Source: Octopus bimaculoides
Taxonomy: Eukaryota
Direction: 5' to 3'
DNA length: 46,898 bases
Assembly: GCF_001194135.2 (NCBI RefSeq)
Contig: NC_069007.1
Span: 4,174,718-4,221,615, forward strand
A program made the position numbers and the translations under genes. Positions 1 through 13,601 of this stretch are shown here, in pieces. The notes beneath the pieces are model-generated. The model was not told the DNA's origin. It made no database searches and worked only from the letters and a program-made list of their open reading frames with translations. How positions within the stretch are numbered: the first letter of the stretch is position 1; each line of letters begins with the position of its first letter.

Positions 1-120
1 GTCTCTTACTGAGAGTTATATTTTGATCTGTAATGATATTTCTCAATTCCTTACTTTGTGCAAGGATCGGTAAGTTCGCTTTGGCGATATTAAAGATGTT
101 CTGGTGGCGTGGACTTTGTG

Positions 121-160
<40 letters not shown>

Positions 161-240
161 TGTGTATGTATATATGTATATACACACACACACGCACACA
201 CACACACACATATATACATAGCTTTTTTCTTATTCTTTAG

Positions 241-312
241 GTATCTCAACGGAAACGCATTGCAGTACATATCTTCAAGAATATTTCAGTATCTGCTATC
301 TTTGACGGTTAT
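241..312 (+). CDS. aGPCR exon: LRR unit (72 nt, phase 2-2)
   Basis: ttctttag|g...gttat|gtaagt; [23 protein letters not shown](I), 24-aa LRR period. Confidence 0.9.
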
Positions 313-3300
313 GTAAGTGAAACGCTAATGTTTTTGATTTCTTGTGAATATTTTCAATGCATGCACAATTGTAAAATAAACAGATTTGACTTACACCATG
401 ACTGCTAGAATAAGAGCTTCATTATCACGCTGTGGTGTTTCGAAGAATGTCTGTTAATGAAACAGTCGTAGACATTAGTTAGTTTTATATTTTTTTTTAT
501 TCTTTTACTTGTTTCAGCTATTTGCCTGCGGCCACAATGAAGGAACGCCAGGACTTATTCCTTGTAATCTTCGTACTTATTCTATCGGTTTCTTTTGCCG
601 AACCGCTAAGTTACGCGGACGTAAACACACCAACATCGGCTGTCGATTGATGTCGGTGGTGGTGGGGACAAATACAGACACAAATATATATATATATANN
701 NNNNNNNNNNNNNNNNNNNNNNNNNNNNNNNNNNNNNNNNNNNNNNNNNNNNNNNNNNNNNNNNNNNNNNNNNNNNNNNNNNNNNNNNNNNNNNNNNNNN
801 NNNNNNNNNNNNNNNNNNNNNNNNNNNNNNNNNNNNNNNNNNNNNNNNNNNNNNNNNNNNNNNNNNNNNNNNNNNNNNNNNNNNNNNNNNNNNNNNNNNN
901 NNNNNNNNNNNNNNNNNNNNNNNNNNNNNNNNNNNNNNNNNNNNNNNNNNNNNNNNNNNNNNNNNNNNNNNNNNNNNNNNNNNNNNNNNNNNNNNNNNNN
1001 NNNNNNNNNNNNNNNNNNNNNNNNNNNNNNNNNNNNNNNNNNNNNNNNNNNNNNNNNNNNNNNNNNNNNNNNNNNNNNNNNNNNNNNNNNNNNNNNNNNN
1101 NNNNNNNNNNNNNNNNNNNNNNNNNNNNNNNNNNNNNNNNNNNNNNNNNNNNNNNNNNNNNNNNNNNNNNNNNNNNNNNNNNNNNNNNNNNNNNNNNNNN
1201 NNNNNNNNNNNNNNNNNNNNNNNNNNNNNNNNNNNNNNNNNNNNNNNNNNNNNNNNNNNNNNNNNNNNNNNNNNNNNNNNNNNNNNNNNNNNNNNNNNNN
1301 NNNNNNNNNNNNNNNNNNNNNNNNNNNNNNNNNNNNNNNNNNNNNNNNNNNNNNNNNNNNNNNNNNNNNNNNNNNNNNNNNNNNNNNNNNNNNNNNNNNN
1401 NNNNNNNNNNNNNNNNNNNNNNNNNNNNNNNNNNNNNNNNNNNNNNNNNNNNNNNNNNNNNNNNNNNNNNNNNNNNNNNNNNNNNNNNNNNNNNNNNNNN
1501 NNNNNNNNNNNNNNNNNNNNNNNNNNNNNNNNNNNNNNNNNNNNATATATATATATATATATACCACAGACTTCTTTCAGCTTCTGTCTACCAAATCCAC
1601 TCACAAGGTTTTGGTCGGCCCAAAGCTATAGTAGAAGACACTTGCCAAGGTACCACGCAGTGAGACTGAAACACCAACCTCAGTGTTTAACCGGTACTTA
1701 TTTTATCGACCCCGAAAGCGATGAAAGGCAAAGTATACCATGGCGGAATTTGAACTCAGAATGTAAAGACGGACGAAATGCCGCTAAGCATTTTGTCCGG
1801 CTTGCTAACGATTCTGCCAGCTCACTGCCTTCATTGTAGTCAATATTGAAAACATATTTGTACCATAGATGAGAATGTAACATAAAAACCATATTGTGCA
1901 CATAATATATTCTCGTTGTTTTGTTTTACATAGTGTTTATTTTGTTCTGCATTTTGCTCGTGGGGAATCACAGAAGCATTTGGTTTCTCTTAGTGAGATT
2001 GATGGAACCTATTCTCGCCCAAACTCCACCGACAGGAGAACCATGAAGAGGTGTAAGCAACTGTACCGTGGACATGAAAATTACTTTCTTATTGTTGACT
2101 AAAGAGAAATTGTGAAAATTATTGTACGAGAGGAAACAGATTTATTATTTTTTACATAACTTAGAAGCAGCGCTGCGGATGTGCCAACATGCACGAGCTT
2201 GGGACATGGCCGCCCTCACACACTTCTCATGAAGGATTCCGGAAGGAGCTTCATAGACCACTGCAGAGACGCTTCCGGAAAAATTTCAGTAACCGTTGGG
2301 AAACCGATTATAGCAGTGACTCGACCAATTCCTAGCAATATCTGAAGGAGGAAATTTTGTATTTCAAAATATTATTATAATATCAGACTATGGATAGTGA
2401 AGTGCACTCTGCATTGTTGCGCCATTCAAGACACGTCACATTTGACAAACAATACACAATGCTTCAAGCGAACTACAATACTCTCCTCTCTTTTACTTAT
2501 TTTAATTTAGATAATATTTGCTTTTTTTGTCTTTCAGAAATTTGAGCCGAAATCAAATACAAAAAATTGAAGATGGCACTTTCTTATTCCTCCCCAAAAT
2601 AACTGAGATGTAAGTAGTGCAAAACTCTTTGTCTATTGGAAATTTAAGTTAACTTGTTTCACTAAAATCATGAAAGGTAATCAATTCTCAATAGTTTGTT
2701 TAATACAATTGACAATAAATAGCAGTCAAGCTGCTTTAAATTTCAGTGGGTCAAAATGATTACTCCCGAGCAATGTGTTTTGTCATTGTACGAGATACTG
2801 TCTGTGTTCAAATAACATGAGGAGTAGTTTGATTTAATTTCGGGTCTTCCTGCACAAGACCCGAAGTTTTAGGAGAGGGGGCCAGTCGATTAGACCGACC
2901 CCAGTACGCAACTGGTACTTAACACATACATACGCACACACATACATACTGTGACGCCATCACAGTATTTCCATCTGATATCATTTACCGTATTTGATGG
3001 CCTATAAGACACACCTTTTTTTTTTTTTTACCTAAAAATGGCAACCGATGCTGGTGTGTTTACGTCCCCGTAACTTAGCGGTTCGGCAAAAGAGACCGAT
3101 AGAATAAGTACTAGGCTTACAAAGAATAAGCTCTGGGGTCGATTTGCTCGACTATAAAAGGCGGTGCTCCAGCATGGCCACAGTCAAATGACTGAAACAA
3201 GTAAAAGAGTAAAAGAGTGAGAGTAATCGCCAACTCTATGTTTATACCGAATGTGGATGCAATAAATTGTTTATAATTACCGGTAATAACATAAAGTTAT

Positions 3301-6300
3301 ACAGGTAAGTGGAGGAATTAAAACATTATTTTAGTGGTAATTTATTTTACAAAAGTATAGCCTAGGCTAGGGTGCGTTCTATGTACTCGTGCGTCTTATA
3401 GGCCATCAAATACGGTATAAATAAAATTGACTAAAGTAAACAAACTAAATTCGCACGAAAATAAATATATTTGCTAATAAAAGGCTGCAATTAGAACCTA
3501 TCCTTAATTCATATAGATATCTTCTCCCCTAACAAAATATATGCGTTATTAATGATAAAGCTAACTGTCCCCTTTAATCTAATGTTGATTAAATACGTAC
3601 AACCATTATGCTTATTCTTGGATAAAGAAAACCCCTGTTCTATATTTAAGGGATGAGGCATTACGAAGATTATTTACGTTTGATTGATATTTGTCCTCAT
3701 CTTGTTTGTTGTTAATACAACGTTTCGGCTGATATACCCTCCAGCCTTCATAATAATAATAACATCGAAAAATACCTTTGGAATGAGAACCCAAGTTCGA
3801 AATTTCCCCAAGACACCAGATAAAGGCTGGAGGGTGTATCAGCCGGAACGTTGTGTTAACACACAAGATGAGGACAAATATCCGTCGAATGTAAATAATG
3901 TAAATAAGAAAACCTCTGTCATGAAAATATATTTACTAAGTACTGAATATACTTTCTTCTACACTTTTAAAATTTAGATTAGTATAGTGTAGAGAAATCA
4001 TTCACTTCTATGGTACGAACTACTTTAATCTTTTGCAGCTTGTGTAGAAATTCATTATTACACCTGGTACTCCAAGATAAGTTAGTACCTTAATTATAAC
4101 AAAATATGTTTTTGCAACACCTTATAAAGGCTGACCTAACAACGTTTAATTGCATCATTAAGTAATGTAGACAGCTATATATGGGTGCACATTCTGGCAA
4201 CTTCAAACATCTACTCTTATAGGGGACCTCTTTAAGTCATTTGGAGTAAGAAACCAATTTTGGCGTAGCGTTATCCTATTCTTCTACGCTGAAACCCGAA
4301 GTAGATCTAGAATAGTAAGTACGTCTTCGACGATGTCACGGACGGCTACGAATGGGTTAAATTAGTGGTTCTCAACCGAGGTCCACATGACCCTTGGGGT
4401 CCATACAAAATTTTGGTGGTAAAGTTTATCTGCAATAAACTGGTTATACTTGTGCAATGCACAAAATATTTTAACAATTTTTTAATACAATTCCTAATAA
4501 TATTTAATTTTAAAAAATACAAAAGGTTTTTTATTTAAACATCGAATGACTATGAGGGTCCATCCAAGTAAAATAGGAATGAAAAAAAGGGTTCACAGGC
4601 AAAAAATGTTTGAGAAACACTGGGTTAAATGTTTAAGTACTTCACAAATAATAATGATGATGATGATGATGATGATGATAGTAATAGCGAAATAGAGCCA
4701 TTGCATGTGTTTATTACTAGTACAATGTCCCTGCCTGGGAGGCGCAATGGTGCAGTGGTTAGGGCAGCGGACTCGCGGTCATAGGATCGCGGTTTCGATT
4801 CCCAGACCGGGCGTTGTGAGTGTTTATTGAGCGAAAACACCTAAAGCCCCACGAGGCTCAGGCAGGGGATGGTGGCAAACCCTGCTGTACTCTTCCACCA
4901 CAACTTTCTCTCACTCTTTCTTCCTGTTTCTGTTGTGCCTGTAATTCAAAGGGTCAGCCTTGTCACACTGTATCACGCTGAATATCCCCGAGAACTACGT
5001 TAAGGGTACACGTGTCTGTGGAGTGCTCAACCACTTGCACGTTAATTTCACGAGCAGGCTGTTCCGTTGATCGGATCAACTGGAACCCTCGACGTCGTAA
5101 GCGACGGAGTGCCAACAACAACAACAACAATGTCCCTGCCTGGCACAGGCCCTCGGTCGGTTACGATGACGGGCATTCTAGATGGTCTGGTCAAGAGAAC
5201 AATCTGTTCATGAAATCAACGTGTAAGTGGATGGACCCTCGAAAGACACGCGTTCCCTTAACGTAGTTCTCAGGAATATTCAACGTGACACAGAATTTGA
5301 CAAGGCTGGCCCCTTGTGAATTACAGGTACTGATCATGCTTGCCTGCTGAGTGAATGGAACAACGTGAAATAAAGTGTCTTGCTCAAGAGCACAACGCGC
5401 TGCTAGGAATCGAACTCACAACCTCACGTTCGTGAGCAGAATAGTTTAAGAACTAAGCCACGCACCTTCACATGTCCCTGCCTAGAGACCACTAAAAAGA
5501 TGGTTTTAACACCTTTTGAAAAAAACCCGCACGAGTCATAACTTTTATATATCTGCTAAGCTGGGTGGAGGAGTTTGTCTTCCCCTCGCAAAGATAAGGA
5601 CACAGGAAATGTGTCAAGGCCTAATAGGAAGCGGTCCAGCTTCCTAGGGCTAAATAGCAGTAGTATATTCCCTTATTGGGACTGTCACGTTAAGTTGACA
5701 GTATACAACTACTTTATCGCATCACTACTGCTTAAGTCTCTCTGAGAGGTTTAGAAATTTATTATTTCTAAATAATCTCTATTTCTTATCAAATCAAATA
5801 GAAGTTCCTCCATTGGTCAGGAGCAAATTCATTTAGAATTATCTTTGTATTTACAGTGACCTCACTCGTAATATCGGGATGGAGTGTGGATGTCACCTAC
5901 CGGTATTGGTAAACTATACAGAGAAAGCATTCAACAGACGTCTGGTAGTTTTAGGAGCGTGTAATACAAGTGTGGAAAATAGTCGAGAAGGATTCAGGTT
6001 TTGGAAGATATTGAAATATTCGCAATGTCAAAGTTAGTAAAATCTTTTTTGTTTCTGTTGTTACTCTTTTAAGTACCACTAACAAAACTCCAGAGTATTC
6101 TCTGCTGTTCACATTATGATGATACACATATATATGCATGCATGCATTCCTACCTACCTACCTACCTACCTACCTACCTACCTACCTACATACATACATA
6201 CAAAGCCATAGCTAACCTGTCTTCATCGTGGACCACCACCTTGAACTTAAATACAAGAAGTGATTGTAATATAACTGATAGAGTACAGTAACGCAGAGGT

Positions 6301-9300
6301 ACATTCCTAGGGGACAACCTCTTTGTGACGCTGTTGATACTTTCTGTAACCACCTTGTCATTCATGTTAAGAAAGTCTGAAGGGTATCTCACTGGTTCAC
6401 AAGGAAACTGTTTCTTTGTGGATGACTTGAAACTATATGCCAAGAATATGCATGAGAGGAAAAGGAGCTTTGACCTGGTTACAACATTCTGAAAGGATAT
6501 AGGTTGGAGTTTGGTTCGGATAAAAGTTTCTATATTGTTGTGAAGAGAGAAAACTAAACCAGACTATCAGAATATCCATCAATGACTTAACTGTTTCCTT
6601 TATATCTGATGAGGAATGTTACAGGTACCTAGGGGTGGATGAAAACGTATCTTACAAAGGCACCTGTAACAAGACACGTGTCACTAAAGAATATTACAGC
6701 TGAATAAAGAAATTATGGACCTCGGAACTCTCTGCATTCAATAAAACATTGGTCCACAATGTGTTTGCAGTGCCACTACTCATACCAACATCTACTGAAA
6801 CTGTGAGTTAATATATGACGCTTAAGTGCGAGAACGGAGAGATATAAGATGGTGAGGAAAGGCGTTACGCGTGTTCTTTGGGTGGGGTGCAAGTGGAGCC
6901 GTGGGGAGAAGGGAAGAAAGAAACAAAAGCAGCGAAGGTAAGGGTCAGGCAACTGGGAGTAGAAATATAGATGTTTATTAACATTCTAGTAGTGACCGTT
7001 CAGTGGAGGCGCAATGGCCCAGTGGTTAGGGCAGCGGACTCGCGGTCATAGGATCACGGTTTTGATTCCCAGATCGGGAGTTGTGAGTGTTTATTGAGCG
7101 AAAACACCTAAAGCCCCACGAGGCTCCGGCAGGGGATAGTGGCGAACCCTGCTGTACCCTTCCACCACAACTTTCTCTCACTCTTTCTTCTTGTTTCTGT
7201 TGTGCCTGTGATTCAAAGGGTCAGCCTTGTCACACTGTGTCACGCTGAATATCCCCGAGAACTACGCTAAGGGTATACGTGTCTGTGGAGTGCTCAGCCA
7301 CTTGCACGTTAATTTCACGAGCAGGCTGTTCCGTTGATCGGATCAACTGGAACCCTCGACGTCGTAAGCGACGGAGTGCCAACAACATAGTGACCGTTCA
7401 ATATTCGGCTGAGATTTTCGAAGATGATGTTATCTCATGTGTCCTTTATATCCTCATGGTAGAGGACGTGATTTGGATGTTATTGAAGCGGTTGAGTAAC
7501 CACACAGAGATTTCTTCATGTGGAAGGATTCCGACCATACCCCAAAGTGACTAAAGGTGGACTGACTCATTGTTATAAATTAAAGAACTGTGTGCAATTG
7601 GCAGTTCGTGTTGGTAGCGATTCACTGTGAGCCTTTGAGCGTTGAGTCTCCTGTAATACTAATCGTGGCGCACCGTGTATATACTTTCTTCCCTCTGCTT
7701 CATTATACATATCCAACAGACAAGGACATAAAATCTCATTAGATCAACGATATATTTTAGTACTCTGTAACATAATTTTAATGATATTGCTGGTTTTACA
7801 GCGTAGCATCATTATCATTTTGGGGTTATTTCCCCTTATTCAAGCTCTTCCGTAGTTTTCACAACTTTTTGCAAGCAGAATTTAAAGGGAAAACAGCAAC
7901 AACTTATCTTTCATGCTTTTCTTACTTGAAACTGTGCCTGAATTCAAACACTTCCAAATGAAAATAAAACCATGTTTATAGTCTTAATAAGTTATTATAT
8001 AATATGTATTGAATTCAACGCTAACACGTATGTATTTACTTTACATCATAAAGTAAATGTTTGCTATTATTGCTACATTTGATTCCTAATCATAGATATA
8101 TTCTTATATTCTATAGACTACTCCTTATTTCAACGGGGTTTGCAGTGCCAATCATGTGAGGGGACCATATGCAATGATTCGGACGTGACAATCTGTTCAG
8201 GAAATGAGGTAAACTGAAAAGTTATTTTCTTCCTTTCCGTTATAAAATACCCATGGCCGTCACTAACAAGCCGGTATGGCCAAGTAACTTGAACCATGCT
8301 TTCGCTAATTGTTTTATGTGCCTATGTAACCGCAAGTAAACATAAACATATTCACGGTCTTCCTCAGGTTGTGAGGAAATAGTACCGACTAGCACTCGGC
8401 TAATACTTATTTGTAGTAGACTGAGACAACGTAAAATGAAGGAGTGACCTCTGTCATTTTCTTTCTCCGATAAGCATGACTATACACAGAGTATGGTGTG
8501 GTGTACATAGCCTGAAGTTAGTTGGAAGCCAAGTCATTTGCTCAATGACATAAAGTCGCTAGACTTAGATGTGGTAGCCACCAGCGAGACCAGGAGCTCT
8601 GGAACGCACGCTGTCGTTCCCATTTTCGATGATTTTTATGAGCTGTTGAGTTCAGGCAATAGATTGGCTCTGTTATCCCGGAAATCCTTAGATATCAAGG
8701 TACGAGCAATTCTTCTGAACCCGGAAGGTAAGTCGGTGGGCCTGGATGCTGCATAAAGATGTGGTAGACGAGGTTGAAAGGTATGAGGACAGGTTTTCCC
8801 CTTTGGTAGAGGCCTCGTCGAATTTTTCAAGTTTCACTTGAAAAGGAATGGTGAGAGTGAAGAAGATGGTGCTGTCCTGGAGTGAATTTAGTAAAAGGTA
8901 GGCGTGCTTTATGAAAATGGTAACACTGAATGAAATGGCTCTTAACATAAGCCTGGAAGGTGGAGAAAGACATTTGGAGGGAGCGCTTGTCTTCGTTCAG
9001 GGTGATGTTGGCTCTGTATGCTTCCTCAATTGACCTGAAATGGAGAGCCTCTTGCACCATCATCATCTTCCCAGCTCGAGCCAGACAGACAGTACTTTAC
9101 GCAATATGCGTGCGGTTCCAAGTAATGCCGACTTTTGCAATGTATCTAGATTGTAGGGTATCTATAAGGTTTTCAGATGTTTTTGCAAGTTGGGTAGTTT
9201 TGAACCCAATGTTCTGATGACAATAGGAATAACCTTTATGTTCGACTCTCGTAGCTGCCACATCTTAGCGATCTCAATTCCCAGGTCCCCATATTTATCA

Positions 9301-10749
9301 ACTTTTTCTCTTTCTTTCATGATGATATGTTGATCTCCTGGCACTGCTACGTCGATTATTAGACACTCTTGTTTGTCCCTCCTAAAGTTTACGACATCCG
9401 GCCTTCGGTGCTCTAACTCTTTGTCTGTCTGGAAATCAAAGTACCAGAGGATTTTTGCTGTCCCCTTTTCGTCCATTATCTTTTCTGGTGTATGTTGGTA
9501 CCAAGCACCCATAAACTCATATTCATACTTACAAAATAGTGGCCAGTGGAGGTTTTGGGCCACTTAGTCGTGTCTACGTGTGCACTCTTTCCACGCAAGA
9601 CTTTCACAAGCACTAACAATCTGAGTCACATTATCGACCCTCTTCCCACACATTCTGCAGAGGTCCAATGCACTTGCGTGGTATATATTCTTTTTCACTG
9701 AGTTGGTATTCAATGTCTGGTTCTGAGCCGCGATGATTAGGCTTTCAGTATTCTTTTTTAGGTCACCCTTCTTGAGCCGCCTCCATGATGCTCCCTGGTC
9801 TTTTAATTTGTTGGTCTCACGGTGGAACTGACCATGTAATCCCATACGGAGTAGGGTTTCTTCTCTCTCGTTGTTCGAAATTCATGAGCACTCTCAAGTC
9901 CATTTTTGTTAACTCCTTCTGCACTAGCAACATAATGGTCTTCTTTGCCGTTTACCAAATATTCTGCTATGTTTCTTCTTTCACTGTTGATGAACTCCCG
10001 TACGCTAATCAGCCCACAACCACTCTTACCTCTCATGTAGAGCCTGTGTATATTTGCCTTAGGGTGGGGGGTACCATCCATATTCATTGTCTTTCGGGTA
10101 GTGCGATCGAGTTGGTCAATCTCCGCTTGTGTTCATCTCAGGATGGGTGCACTATAGCGGACTACAGCAACAGCCCATTTGTTGATGATAGTCACAAGGT
10201 TCCTTGAGTTGAGCTTTGACTTCAAGAGAAGTTTAAGGCGCTTGAAATATGCAGTGACGACTTTGACTTTCATTTCTCTGTGCAAGATATTGTCCAACTT
10301 CAGGATCCCAAGGTACATGTACATATCATCATCCGGGTCTTCCATTCTCTCTCCGTTTGGCAATTCTATGCCCCTACAATTTACTCTTTTCCCTCCACTT
10401 CATAGTAAGCACCGCACACTTCAAGATACCGAATTCCATTCCTATATCCTTGCTGCACATTTGCACAGTCTCAACCAGCTTCTCCATTTCAATGTCTGTT
10501 TTTGCGAACAGTTTTAAATAATCCATGAGGAGAAGGTGGTTATAAAATTGAAACTGAGAGACTGATGATGTCATTCCATCAACGTGTGGACGCTGGTTGC
10601 TCTCGTTCATACTTTAAATTTGAATTTCTATAATTTTGAATTTTTATCACTTCTTATTTTGGACTCGACAAAGACAGGTTTGCTATCGTTCAACCAATAA
10701 AATATCTATAGCAATCGCATCGCGCTCTTCGTCTTGTCTGTTATTATTA

Positions 10750-10805
<56 letters not shown>

Positions 10806-10845
10806 CATTATTATTATTGTTATTATCATCATCATCATGATCATG

Positions 10846-10877
<32 letters not shown>

Positions 10878-11176
10878 TATTATTATTGTTCAGTAGTTTT
10901 ATTTTTATAACGTGCTTTCACTTCACTACCGAGCGCAGCTCTGTGTGCCTTGGGTATGTGCTGTGGTTTGCTGTGGTGCTCTTATGGTTACTGTATTGAA
11001 AGTGTTTTGCGTAGGATGTGTGCAGTACCCAGTAGTGCAATTTTCTGTATGTTATATATATTTGTAAGTCCTGGTGTTTTTGTTATGTAATTGTCTGAAT
11101 ATTTTTTTGTTATATCTAAGGCACCTACTATGATAGGAATTGTTTCTGTTTTTAGATTCCACATTCGAGTTACCTC

Positions 11177-11233
<57 letters not shown>

Positions 11234-12660
11234 CATTATTATTAGTCGTAGTAGTAGTAGTAGCGGCATGACATTTATTCACTTTTATATTTATTGTTAT
11301 AGTCTGTATGTATGACGAATGTGTCAACAACTGGTTTTACACGGAAGGTTGTAAGATCCTGTCGTGCATATAACGAATGTATGGGAACCATGGCAAACAA
11401 GTTCAAAACGTGCCGAGTATGGGTTGGGAACATAGATTGCGCTTCTTGTTGCTCCGGAAATTCATGCAACAAGCATCTCTTTGTTGGTGAGTGTTATTTC
11501 TTCTGTTATATATTTAGACGTGGTTTAAGACGATTTCTAATTGACAAAGCATTTAATCGGTTGATAAGAACAGAGAATAATAGTTTATGTATCAAGATAA
11601 TAATAAACCCCAGTGCTTATTATTTTAAACATTGTACTTATTCTATTGGTCTGTTCCGCCGAACCTCTAAGTTACGAGGACGTAAATACGCCAACACCGG
11701 TTGTCAACGTGTGGTAGGGGGCCAAGCACAGACACAAATACACACATACATAGACATACATAAATATACATGCATACATACTCACACACATACATACATA
11801 CATATACATATATATATTTATACACACAGACACACACACACATATTCTTTCTTTTCTTTTATTCTTTTACTTGTTTCAGTCATTTGACTGCGGCCATGCT
11901 GGAGCACCGCCTTTAGTCGAAACAAATCGACCCCAAGACTTATTCTGTGTAAGCCTAGTACTTATTCTATCGGTTCTTTTTGCCGAACCGCTAAGTTACG
12001 GGGCCCTAAACACACCAGCACCGATTGTCAAGCGATGCTGGGGGGACAAACACAGAAACACAACATATACACACATACATATATATATACATATATACGA
12101 CGGGATTCTTTCAATTTCCGTCTACCAAATCCACTCACAAGGCTTTGGTCGTCCCGAGGCTATAGTAGAAGACACTTGCCCAAGGTGCCACGCAGTGGGA
12201 CTGAACCCAGAACCATGTGGTTGGTAAGCAAGCTACTTACCACACAGCTACTCCTGCGCCTAAATTTATATTTATATCTTCGCCGTGTATATCTTACGTA
12301 CTTTGTGCATGTAAAACTCCTGTCTCATTTATAACAGCACCATTTCCCTTCCGTGTTTATTTTCTTCCGTAGGNNNNNNNNNNNNNNNNNNNNNNNNNNN
12401 NNNNNNNNNNNNNNNNNNNNNNNNNNNNNNNNNNNNNNNNNNNNNNNNNNNNNNNNNNNNNNNNNNNNNNNNNNNNNNNNNNNNNNNNNNNNNNNNNNNN
12501 NNNNNNNNNNNNNNNNNNNNNNNNNNNNNNNNNNNNNNNNNNNNNNNNNNNNNNNNNNNNNNNAAACCGCTCCTAGAGAAATAGCCGAAGTTGTAAGTAT
12601 AACTTATTAATTCTTTCTTTCTCTCTTTGTCTCTTCCATTTATATGTGTGCGTACTTGTG

Positions 12661-12722
<62 letters not shown>

Positions 12723-13545
12723 TATGCGTGCTTTTGAATGTGTGTGTGTGCGTGTTATGGATTTAGGGGTTGTCAGCAATAAAGGACATGTGATGTCTCC
12801 TTCTTTCCACAAGGCCTTAGAGTTGACTCTGCCACTTACATTGAGGTCCTGGAAATAATTGTTAAGCCCTGGATAGACAGTGTATGCAATGGAAGGTCAT
12901 ATGTGCTTCAGTAAGACTCTACACTATCACACATGGCTCTTGTAACACAGGAATCGGTGGCTGAAAATTTTCATGATCACATAACCCCTAACATTTAGCC
13001 TCTTAATTTCCCAGATCTCAATCCATTGGACTATTACATGTGGAGCATTGCTGAGAGAGAGGTCAATGAACATGGCCATAACACCAAAGATTCTTTGAAA
13101 GCTGCCATAGTCAGTGTAATGTCCCAAATGAATCAGGACCACTTGATTCAAGCATGTAGATGATTTAGATCTCATATAGAAGCAGTTGTTGAAGCTGAAG
13201 GTGGCTTTATTGAATAAGATTATAGAAAAGAAGGTTTATTTTTATCCTCATAGCATTTTTTGATAAATAAAGTTATTATCTGTTTTTTTTTTGTTAACAT
13301 AAATCTGTTCTCAAATATCTTACGCATCCTGTACTATGTATTTAAAAATCGGAGAATAAATATTATTATGCTGTATCATTATAGTTACTATTATACTATG
13401 AGTCTTCCATTGTAGCATTCTCTGCCTAACTTGCAAAACCTTTCGTTCATAAACATTATATGTAGTATATGTGTGTGTGTGCGTGCGTGTATATATATAT
13501 GTATGTATTCATGTATGTATCGTATCTATGCATGTATGTATGCAT

Positions 13546-13601
<56 letters not shown>

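Noticed and set aside
1-69. Possible upstream exon ending at cg|gtaagt (SLTESYILICNDISQFLTLCKD)
   Set aside because: It would put Arg where the LRR needs a hydrophobic residue before YLNGN, has no LRR pattern, and its acceptor is not visible.
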